Part shown: in pieces, positions 1-11,100 of the stretch
How the letters are laid out: each line of letters opens with the position of its first letter
How positions within the stretch are numbered: position 1 is the stretch's first letter
Assembly: GCA_964202905.1 (NCBI GenBank)
Contig: CAXNJO010000005.1
Coordinates: 256,001 to 320,000 of the forward strand
Origin: Polyangiales bacterium
GTDB taxonomy: Bacteria; Myxococcota_A; Polyangia; Polyangiales; JADJQN01
Direction of reading: 5' to 3'
DNA length: 64,000 nucleotides
Program-made: the position numbers and the translations under genes
Notes under the pieces: model-generated
The model's input: the letters and a program-made list of their open reading frames with translations, nothing else
Told to the model about the DNA's origin: nothing
The model's database searches: none

Positions 1-1
1 C

Positions 2-502
2 ATTCATCGGCTGATGAGCCACAGCCGCGGGCCGAATCCCCTGCTCCGCTACTACCGGAAGAAGCACGCCGCGCACCACTCGGTGACCGAGCTCGACTTC
101 CTGCGCGGCAACCAGTCGTCGCTCGTCGACACCGCGTTCAGCCAGTTCCAGCCCTCGATGATCGTGATCTCGTACGTGCTCGGCATGGACCTCGAGACGA
201 CGTGGGTCGCCTACGCGCTCATCCTGCTGCTCCAGGCCACCGACCACACCAGCGTCACGTACAACATCGGTTGGCTCAAATACATCTTCATGGACAACCA
301 CGCGCACAAGCTGCACCACTGCAAGCGCGGGAATCTGATCAACCACGCTGCGGCCTTCTCGGTGTTCGACCGTTTGTGGGGCACGTATTACGAGGATTGG
401 AGTCTCTCCTCGAACTACCTGCACCACCACGGCGTGCCGCTGCCCATCAAGCCGCTCGATCGGCGCGAGTCGCGCATCGCCGCGCCCGCCCCGGCGGAAT
501 GA
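2..502 (+). CDS. Sterol desaturase / fatty acid hydroxylase family protein (5' truncated by window)
   Basis: Frame is open from window start. His boxes HRLMSH, HAAHHS, DH and HAHKLHH, plus FDRLWGT, are typical of the FA_hydroxylase family. Confidence 0.85.
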   Translation: MHRLMSHSRGPNPLLRYYRKKHAAHHSVTELDFLRGNQSSLVDTAFSQFQPSMIVISYVLGMDLETTWVAYALILLLQATDHTSVTYNIGWLKYIFMDNHAHKLHHCKRGNLINHAAAFSVFDRLWGTYYEDWSLSSNYLHHHGVPLPIKPLDRRESRIAAPAPAE

Positions 503-506
503 GCCG

Positions 507-1298
507 ATGAGCAAGGGATATGCGCTCGTCACGGGCGCGAGCAGCGGCATCGGCGCGGACCTCGCGCGCGAGCTCGGGCGGGCCGGACACCCGCTGATCC
601 TCACGGCCCGTCGCGTCGATCGGTTGGAAACGCTCGCCGCCGAAGTGCGCGCGAGCGCGCGGGTGGACGTCGTCGTGATGGCCGCGGATCTCGCCGCGCC
701 GGGCGCCGCACGCTCGCTGCACGAGGCGGTCGCCGCGCGTGGGCTCGGGGTCGACGTCCTCGTGAACAACGCGGGCTACGGGATGCAGGGGCAGTTCCTC
801 GACATGGACTTCGACGCGGTCGAGGCGATGTTCCGCGTGAACATCGTCGCGCTCACGCACCTCACGCAGCTCTTCGCGCAGGACATGGCGAAGCGGGGGC
901 ACGGCTACGTGCTCAACGTCGCCTCGGCCGCTGCGTTTCTGCCCTCGCCCTACGTGAGCGCGTACGCGGCGACGAAGTCCTACGTGCTCGGCTTCTCCGA
1001 GGCGCTGCGCTTCGAGCTGCGCGACCGGGGCGTGAGCATCACGACGCTCTATCCGGGCATCACCACGACCGAGTTCAACGAGGTCGCGCACGCGAAGACG
1101 CCGCCCGCGATGAACCTCTCGATCCTCAGCGCCGCCGAGGTCGCGCGCATCGGCGCGCGCGCCATGTTCGCGCGCCGCCGCGCCGTCGTGCCGGGGCTCA
1201 TCAACAAGCTCAACGCGATCTTCTCCGCGGTGCTGCCGCGCGGCTTCGTCTCGTTCATGGCCGGCACGCTGCTCGGCCGCGCGAACGGCTGGAAGTGA
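507..1298 (+). CDS. Short-chain dehydrogenase/reductase (SDR)
   Basis: TGASSGIG, NNAG and YAATK motifs; starts 4 bp after the upstream gene. Confidence 0.95.
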   Translation: MSKGYALVTGASSGIGADLARELGRAGHPLILTARRVDRLETLAAEVRASARVDVVVMAADLAAPGAARSLHEAVAARGLGVDVLVNNAGYGMQGQFLDMDFDAVEAMFRVNIVALTHLTQLFAQDMAKRGHGYVLNVASAAAFLPSPYVSAYAATKSYVLGFSEALRFELRDRGVSITTLYPGITTTEFNEVAHAKTPPAMNLSILSAAEVARIGARAMFARRRAVVPGLINKLNAIFSAVLPRGFVSFMAGTLLGRANGWK

Positions 1299-1385
1299 CG
1301 CGCAGGGCGTAGCGCGCGGAGTCGCGCCCTCGACATCGCAAGGAGGTTGCGGTGTCGTGTCGTCTCACCGCATCTCGCCCCGCGC

Positions 1386-3629
1386 TCAGTGCGGCTTCGC
1401 GGGGCCGAGCCAGCGCAGCAGGAACTTCGGGCACCACCAGTTGAGATCGCCGAAGAGGCGCATCGTCGCCGGCACGATGAGCACCCGCACGAGCGTCGCG
1501 TCGAGCGTGACGGCGAGCGCGAGCGCGACGCCCATCGCCTTCATCGCGAGCACCGTCGCGAGGGCGAAGGCGGCGAAGACGGCGACCATCACGGAGGCGG
1601 CGCTCGTGATGAGGCCGGCCGTCTGCTCGAGCCCGTCGGCGACGGCCTGCGTGTTGTCGCGCGTGCGCTCGTACTCCTCGTGCATGCGCGTGAGCATGAG
1701 GACCTCGTAGTCCATCGAGAGCCCGAAGACCGTGCAGAAGAGCAGCACGGGCAGGGTCGGATCGATGGGGGCGGGCTCGAAGCGCAGCAGCGAGGCGAGG
1801 TGCCCGTCCTGGAAGATCCACACCAGCGCGCCGAAGGACGCGCCGATCGAGAGGAAGTTCATCACGACGGCCTTCAGCGGCAGCAGCACCGAGCGCAGCA
1901 GCGCGAAGAGCACGAGGTAGGTCATCACGACGACGAAGCCGATGGCCCAGGGCGCGCGCGACTCGATGAAGCGGCTCACGTCGAGGTCCTCGGCCGTCTG
2001 CCCGGTGACGCGCAGGCGGCCGTCGGCGACGTCGCGGCGCTGCCGCAGCGTGCGCACGACGCCGCGCGCGACGTCGCTCGCCGGGGCCGCGTCGACGAGC
2101 ACGGCGAGCGCGACGGTCGTCGGCCCGACGGTCGCGTCGTGCAGGAATTGCAGCTCCGGCGAGAGCTGCTCGTACGGCGTCGAGGCGGCGGCGACGGTGG
2201 AGTCGCGGTCGAACATCGGGCCGAGATCGACGAGGCTCTCGACGGCGCGGACGCCGGGGATGCGCTGCACGCGCTGGCTGAGATCGTAGAGCGCGCCGGC
2301 GCGGCGCGCGTCGAGCGCGGAGGCGTGCGGGCCGGTGGCGCCGGGGCGCGCCGGGAACTCGGTGACGACGAGCACGCGCGTCGCGACCTGATCGGGGAAG
2401 TGCGTGACCATCAGGTCGTAGCCGCGCCGCGCCTCGGCGGACTTCGGCAGCACGCTCACGTCGGCCGTCTGCATGCGCATGTGGAAGAACGGCGCGGACG
2501 CCGCGAGCAGCACGACGAGCACGGGCGCGAGCACGAGGAGCGGGCGCGCCATCACCCAGCGCGCGAGCCGCTGCCAGCCCGCGCCGCCCGTCGCGCCGCG
2601 ACGCGCGAAGGGGACGCGCCCCGCGTGGATGCGCGGCCCGAGCACGGCGAGCAGCGCGGGGAGGAACGTGAGCGCGAAGACGACGGCGAAGGCGACGACG
2701 ATCGCGCCCGCGAGGCCCATCGGCGCGAGGAAAGACCCGTGCAAGAAGACGAGCCCCGAGAGACCGATGCCCACCGCGAGCCCCGAGAACGCGACGGCCT
2801 TGCCCGCCGTGCCCGTCGCGATGACGAGCGCCTCGTCGTAGCTGCGTCCCGCGGCGAGCTCGTCGCGGTAGCGCGTGACGATGAAGAGCGAGTAGTCGAT
2901 GGCGACGCCGAGCCCGATGAGCGACGCGACGTTGATGGCGTACGCGGGCACGTCCATCACGCGCGAGAGCGCGGTGACGCCGGCCATCCCGCTCATCACC
3001 GCGAGCCCGCCGACGAAGGCGGGCAGCGTCGCGGCGACGAGGGTGCGAAACACGAAGAGCAGGATGAGCAGCGTGAGCGGGAGGCTCACCAGCTCCGCGA
3101 GCACGAGGTCGTGTTCGAGCGTCTTGTCGAGGTCGTTGCGGAACGCGAGATAGCCCGTGAACGTCGCGCGGAGCGGCCCCGGGTCCACCTTCGCGCGGAG
3201 CTCGGGGTAGGCGATCGCCGCGTCGTGGTAGGTGTCGCGCAGGAGCACGACGGCGAGCGCGTGGCGCCCGTCCTCGGAGCGGAAGCGCGCGGCGACCGCG
3301 TCGGGCGCGTCGTCCGCAGACTTCACCGCCGCGACCCGCGGATCGCGCCGCAGCGGGGCGAGCGCGCGGCCCATCGCGGCGACGAATTCGGGGTCGTCCG
3401 CGTAGAGCGCGTCGCTCGAGAAGACGACCGCGAAGGACGACAGCCCCGGCAGATCGAGCTCGCGGTCGATCGCGCGCCGCGCGAGGTCGGCCTCGGTGCC
3501 GCGCGTCTCGCCGGAGCTGAGCGCCCCGCCGCGCAGGATCACGCCGACCGAGACGAGGAGCACGAGCGCGGAGGCGACGAGGATCGCCTTGCGCCGCGCG
3601 AGCGCGAGCCTGCCGAGTGCATCGAACAC
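1386..3629 (-). CDS. MMPL family (RND-type) lipid transporter
   Basis: Two sets of TM helices with GLGVAIDYSLFIVTRYRDEL and FGLSMDYEVLMLTRMHEEY motifs. GTG start (VFDALGRLAL) is inferred. Confidence 0.9.
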   Translation of the reverse strand: MFDALGRLALARRKAILVASALVLLVSVGVILRGGALSSGETRGTEADLARRAIDRELDLPGLSSFAVVFSSDALYADDPEFVAAMGRALAPLRRDPRVAAVKSADDAPDAVAARFRSEDGRHALAVVLLRDTYHDAAIAYPELRAKVDPGPLRATFTGYLAFRNDLDKTLEHDLVLAELVSLPLTLLILLFVFRTLVAATLPAFVGGLAVMSGMAGVTALSRVMDVPAYAINVASLIGLGVAIDYSLFIVTRYRDELAAGRSYDEALVIATGTAGKAVAFSGLAVGIGLSGLVFLHGSFLAPMGLAGAIVVAFAVVFALTFLPALLAVLGPRIHAGRVPFARRGATGGAGWQRLARWVMARPLLVLAPVLVVLLAASAPFFHMRMQTADVSVLPKSAEARRGYDLMVTHFPDQVATRVLVVTEFPARPGATGPHASALDARRAGALYDLSQRVQRIPGVRAVESLVDLGPMFDRDSTVAAASTPYEQLSPELQFLHDATVGPTTVALAVLVDAAPASDVARGVVRTLRQRRDVADGRLRVTGQTAEDLDVSRFIESRAPWAIGFVVVMTYLVLFALLRSVLLPLKAVVMNFLSIGASFGALVWIFQDGHLASLLRFEPAPIDPTLPVLLFCTVFGLSMDYEVLMLTRMHEEYERTRDNTQAVADGLEQTAGLITSAASVMVAVFAAFALATVLAMKAMGVALALAVTLDATLVRVLIVPATMRLFGDLNWWCPKFLLRWLGPAKPH

Positions 3630-3670
3630 GCGCCCTGTGTACCCGACCCGGCGCGCGATGGCGAGGATGC

Positions 3671-4480
3671 TCAGCGCGCCGGGGCGAGGAGCCGCGCGAA
3701 GGGATCCGCGCCGGGCTCGAGTTCGCGGAGGGTGGCGGCGCCCGCCACGTCGTCGAGGGTCAACGTGACCGGGCCGGCGCGGTGGCGCGTCGCGACGCGG
3801 GCGCCCGTCGAGAGGGTGACGAAGCGCTCCCAGCTCGCGCGCAGGCCGCCGACGGGGAGCACGGTGACCCACATGCGCCAGGCGATCGGGGTGTCGCCGC
3901 GGCCGGCCGCGGGCAGCTCCCAGAGGTAGGAATCGCCGGGGGTCACTCCCCCCGACGCATGGGTGACCAGCAATCCGCGCGCGCCGCCGGGGAGCGCGAC
4001 GAGGGCGCGTGTGGTGCCCGCGTCGAAGAGCTTCGCGAGCGGGTTGAGCCAGAAGGAGTCGTTGAGGAATCCCGCGTACGCGGAGGCGGTGCGCGCGCGC
4101 GCCGCGGCGCCCCGCACCTCTCGGCCGCCCTCCCACACTCGGCCCCAACTCCCGCGCAACAGCACCTCGTCGTCGCCCTGCCGCACGCGGACCAGCGAGC
4201 GCGCGCGATCCCAGAGGTAGGTGCGCTGCCCCGCGAACGAGAAGCGCACGGCCCCGGTGCGCGCCCACGCATCGACGCGCACGGCGCGCTCGATCGCCTG
4301 GGCGAGGGCGTCGGCCTCGGCGCTCGGCGAGGCGCTCGGACGCGGGCTGCTCGCGAGCACGAGCCCGAGCGCGAGCGCCCCGACCAGCAGGCCCCCGCCG
4401 AGCGCGAGCCACGCGAGCACACGCTGCCAGCGTGGGCGGCGGCGGCCGTGAGGCGTGGAATCGGGTGCGGACGGCGTCAT
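3671..4480 (-). CDS. Hypothetical membrane-anchored protein
   Basis: N-terminal TM (WQRVLAWLALGGGLLVGALAL) and globular-looking core (FLNDSFWLNP, GGVTPGDSYLW); start at MTPSAPD inferred. Confidence 0.7.
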   Translation of the reverse strand: MTPSAPDSTPHGRRRPRWQRVLAWLALGGGLLVGALALGLVLASSPRPSASPSAEADALAQAIERAVRVDAWARTGAVRFSFAGQRTYLWDRARSLVRVRQGDDEVLLRGSWGRVWEGGREVRGAAARARTASAYAGFLNDSFWLNPLAKLFDAGTTRALVALPGGARGLLVTHASGGVTPGDSYLWELPAAGRGDTPIAWRMWVTVLPVGGLRASWERFVTLSTGARVATRHRAGPVTLTLDDVAGAATLRELEPGADPFARLLAPAR

Positions 4481-4502
4481 GGAGGGGAGTCGAGAATGGG
4501 AT

Positions 4503-5876
4503 TCACGCAAAGGCACGCATGATCGCGGTGGCCAGCGAGAAATAGACGAGCAACCCGAGCACGTCGACGAGCGACGCGATGAAGGGTGTCGACGACACGG
4601 CCGGATCGAGCCCGACGCGCTTGATGCCGAGCGGGAGCAGCGAGCCGACGAGCGTGCCCATGAGCACGATGACGACCACGCTGGACGCGACGACGAGCGC
4701 GATCGGCAGACTCCCATTTCCCCCGAAGAAATAGGCCCGGACGAAGCCCACCGCGCCGAGCAGCACGCCGAGCGTCACGCCGATCGAGACCTCGCGGTAG
4801 AAGATGCGCCACCAGTCGCCGGGCACGACCTCGCCGACGGCGAGCGCGCGAATCACCAGCGACGAGGACTGAGAGCCGGTGTTGCCGCCCGACGAGATGA
4901 TGAGCGGAATGAACACCACCAGCTCGATCATCGTGGCCATTTCATGCTCGAACGCGCGCATGACGGTCGCGGTGAGCAGCCCGCCGAGGAACAGCACCAC
5001 GAGCCAGCCCGCGCGCTTGCGGACGAACTCCCAATATCCCGTCTCGAAATACGAGTCTTCGATGGGCGAGACGGCGCCCATGCGCTGCGCGTCCTCCGTC
5101 GCCTCCTCGATGACGACGTCGACGACGTCGTCGACGGTGACCACGCCGAGCATCACGCCCTTCTCGTCGACGACGGGCACGGCGGAGAGGTCGTATTTGG
5201 CGATGAGGCGCGCGACCTCTTCCTGATCGGCCGTCGGCAGCGCGCGCACGACGTTCTCGGTCATGATGTCGGCGAGCGACTTCGAGGGCACCGCGAGGAT
5301 GAGGTCGCGCAGCGACACCACGCCGACGAGCTTGTCGCCGTAGGCGACGACGTAGACATAGGAGATGGTCTCGGCGCGGCCCGAGTGGCTCGCCGCGCGG
5401 ACGTGCTCGATCGACTGCCAGATCTTCGTCTCGGGCGGGAGCGAGACGTACTCCGTGGTCATGATGCCGCCGGCGCTCGACGCGTCGTAGGAGCGCAGCT
5501 CGCGCACCTCGTCGGCGACCTCGGGCTCCGTCTCCTCGAGGCGATCGAGGATCTTCTCGGCGACGTCGTCGGGCAGCTCCTGCAGCGCGTCGACGCGGTC
5601 GTCGGCGCTCATCTCCGCGAGCACCTCGGCGGCCTCGTTGGTGCCGAGCATCTCGAGGATGCGGCTGCGCACCTCCTCGTCGACGCGCTCGAGCACCTCG
5701 GCCGCGAGCTCCTCGGGGAGCAGGCGCATGAAGCTCAGCGCGACGTCGTCCTCGAGATCCGCGACGACCTCGGCGATGTCCTCGGCGTGGAACTCCTCGA
5801 GCGCCTCGAGCAGCTCCGCCGGGTCCTCGGCGAGCGTCTGCTTGAGATCGGGGCCGAGGAGGGTCGCGAGCCGCAT
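4503..5876 (-). CDS. mgtE: Magnesium transporter MgtE
   Basis: Acidic N-domain, CBS pair, and TM region with FIPLIISSGGNTGSQ and DPAVSSTPFIASLVD. Confidence 0.95.
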   Translation of the reverse strand: MRLATLLGPDLKQTLAEDPAELLEALEEFHAEDIAEVVADLEDDVALSFMRLLPEELAAEVLERVDEEVRSRILEMLGTNEAAEVLAEMSADDRVDALQELPDDVAEKILDRLEETEPEVADEVRELRSYDASSAGGIMTTEYVSLPPETKIWQSIEHVRAASHSGRAETISYVYVVAYGDKLVGVVSLRDLILAVPSKSLADIMTENVVRALPTADQEEVARLIAKYDLSAVPVVDEKGVMLGVVTVDDVVDVVIEEATEDAQRMGAVSPIEDSYFETGYWEFVRKRAGWLVVLFLGGLLTATVMRAFEHEMATMIELVVFIPLIISSGGNTGSQSSSLVIRALAVGEVVPGDWWRIFYREVSIGVTLGVLLGAVGFVRAYFFGGNGSLPIALVVASSVVVIVLMGTLVGSLLPLGIKRVGLDPAVSSTPFIASLVDVLGLLVYFSLATAIMRAFA

Positions 5877-5951
5877 GGCGCCTGCAGTGTGCCGACGCGC
5901 GCCGCGCCGCGCCACGGGACGCGCGTGACGGCTGCGAGCCGGAGTGCGCGC

Positions 5952-8015
<2,064 letters not shown>

Positions 8016-8194
8016 GCTGCGGCGCGGCGTAGCGCGCGCTGATCGTGCGTTCAAGGGCGGCGCGGGACTTGCGGCGCCGCGACGACGCCCGCGCACCGCG
8101 GATCACGCGGGAACCTCTGCGCCGCGCGGGTGTCGGTCAGGCGATGCCTCGACGCGAACACGGCCGCGCGCCGTTCTTCCACCCCCGCCGATCG

Positions 8195-11100
8195 ATGCCC
8201 CTCCCGATCTCCGTGGCACCCCCTGCGTCGGCTGGCGCCGCGCGGCTCGCGCTGCTCGTCCTCCTCGCCACGATCGGCGTCGCGGAGCCCCCCGCGCATG
8301 CGCAGCCCCGTGACGCCGCTGCGCCGACACGCGGCGCGCGCACCGGACTCGAGGTCGCGCTCTCCGGGCCGACGAGCGTGGTGCGCGGGCAGGTCGCGCG
8401 GCTCCACGGCACCGCCTACGAGGTGCGCGGCCTCGCGACGCTGCGCCCGCTGCCGGGCGCCGAGCTCCGCGCGCGCTATGCGACGGACGCGGCCGATGTG
8501 CCGATCGGTCCATTTTTTCGGGTGATCGCGGGCACGGACGGGCGCTTCGCGCTCGACGTACCGATCCCCGCCGCGGCGCGCGGGGCCTCGCGCCTCGACG
8601 TCGAGATCGCGCACGCGGGGGACACGCGTCGTGTCGAGAGCGCGCTCGTCGTGCTGCCCTCGGTCGCGCTCGACGTGTTCGCCGATCGTCGTCTCTACGA
8701 GCCCGGCGAGTCGATGCGTGTGTGGGTCCGCGCGCTCGACGCCGTGAGCCGCGCGCCGCTCGCGGGCGTGGCCGTGCAGGTCACGCCAGGCGCGGGGCTT
8801 CCCGCGGCTGCAGGGCTCACGACGGGTGTGTCCGGCGTCGTCGTCGCGACCCTCGCGCTGCCCGCGTCGCTCGCGAGCGTGAGCGAGTTCGGCGTCGTTC
8901 GGGCGACGCGCGCGGGCGAGTCGCCCATCGAGGCGCTGTTCCCGTATTCGGTGGGCCGTCGCGTGGTCGAGCGGATGCTCGTCGACGCAGCGGTCACGCC
9001 CGACGCGCCCACGCCCGAGTCGCCGCTCACGGTCACCGTGCGCGCGCGGTCGGCGAGCGGCGCAGCGCTGCGCGGAGCGCGGGTCGCGGTGACGCTGTCG
9101 GAGGGCGAGCCCGCGACGGCCACCACCGACGCAGAAGGCGTCGCGCGCGTCGCCGCGCGGGCGCCCGCGTTTCTGCCCGATGCGACGGGACGTGTCGCGG
9201 TGACGGTGCGTGTCGCGCACCCCGCGCACGGCACGCGCACGCTCGAGACGTCCTTCGCGATGGCGCAGCCGCGCACCCTCGTGCTCGGGGCGACGGGGCC
9301 CGCGGGTGGGCTCGTGCCGGAGGTGCCGCAAACCTTGTGGATCACGCTCCTCGACGCGGCGGGCCGACCGCCCGATGCGACGGAGACCGTGCGCGTCGCG
9401 GGGCCCGCGGTGCGGGGCGGCGTCTTCGTGGCCACGACGGACACGCATGGGATCGTGGCGGTGCCCGCGCTGCTGCCCGCGGGCGCGGCGGCCACGCACG
9501 AAGGCGCGACGGAGTGTGGAGGCCGCGTCGCGACGAGCCTCGACGTGACCGTCGAGGGCGACGTGCCGCGTGTCGCGCGGCTCTGCGTGAACGTCGCGCG
9601 CGAGGCGCTCGTCGGCGTGCACGCGGAGTCGGCCACGGCGACGCCGGGCGCGCCGATCCCGGTGACGATCGCGCGGCGCCCCGCGGCCGCGGACCGTGCG
9701 GTGATCGTGGAGTTGCGCTCCCTCCGCGCCGACGCGCCCGGCGTCCTCGCGTCGCACGTGCTCGCGCCCCGCGAGACGCGTGCGGTGCTGACGATCCCCG
9801 CGGGGCACCTCGGCCCGATGCTCGTGCGCGCGCGGCCGCTCGACGTGCCCGGCGCGGCCGAGGGCGCAGGCGGGCTCGACGCGCTGCTCGTGCGGCCCGC
9901 GCGCCCCGTCTTCGCGCAGCTCTCGCTCGATCGCGCGGTGTATCCGGTGCGAGGCGAGGCACGCCTCACGGTGCAGACGCCACCCGGCGGGCCGCGCGCG
10001 TGGGTCGCGGTGCTCGCGCGCGACCTCGCGATGCACGGCGGCGAGCAGCCCTTTCGCCGAACGTTTCTCGATGCGGCGTTCGATCGCGCGCTGCTCGATC
10101 CGGACGCGCGCGACGCCGAGGCGCTGCTCCGCGTCGCGCTCGCCGCGGACGTCGGGGCCGACGCGCCGCCGGAGCGCGCGGCGCCGCTCGTCGATGCGCT
10201 CGGCGCGCCGGTCGAGGTGGAAGGGCCACTGCGCCCCGCGACCACGCGCGGCGATCTGCGCGATCCACTCGCCGCCGCGGACGAGCTCACGCGACGCGGC
10301 GTCGGCCCGCTCATGCGCGCGGTCGAAGCGGCGCTCGACGAGGCGCTCGACGGCGACACGGGCGACGACGACCCGCTCGAGGCGATCACGGTCGGGCGCG
10401 GCGCAGCGCGGCGCTTCCGCGAAGACCTGCTCGCAGCGCGGCTCGGCGACGAGGCGCGCACGCTCGGCGACGGCGTCGCGCAGACGTCGATGCTCGGCGA
10501 GACCGACCCGAGCTTCACCTTCGAGCGCGTCGCGCGGCGCGTCGCGCGGCGGCGGCTCGTGCGGCTGCTCGCGGCGCTCGCGTCGTACCTCGAGCCGGCC
10601 GCCGACGACCCCGACGCGCCGCGCATGGACGCGCGCGAGCCCGCGAATCGTTGGCTTTCGCGCATGACGCAGTGCGGCATCCTGAGCGCGTCGGCGCTCC
10701 GCGATCCGTGGGGCGGGCACTTCGCGCTGCGGCGGAGCGCACGGCCCGCGCTCACGGTGGCGCGCGCGGCCGAGGGCTGGGAGCTCGCCTCGCCGGGGCC
10801 GGACGGCGTCGCGGGGAGCGCCGACGACGTCCGCGATCCGTTCGCGCGCGCGGTGCCTGCAGGCACGCCCTTCGCGGTCGCCTCGGGCGAGGACGCGCTG
10901 ATGGCCGCGCTCGGTGCGCTCGCGCCCGGCGACGCGACGCTGCGCGCGATCGCGGCGGCCTACACGCGGTTGACGGAGACCGCCGCAGAAGAGGCGCGCG
11001 GCGACGCGGTCGTCGCGGGCGCGAGCGAGTACGGCGAGGTCGGCGGCGACGAGGGCGCGATGGGGCTCGGCAGCCTCGGGATCCTCGGCCACGGCGCCGG

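Noticed and set aside
10700..10830. Stand-alone gspG gene or T2SS cluster
   Set aside because: The motif is internal to a large ORF with no prepilin N-terminus, and no gsp genes are nearby.
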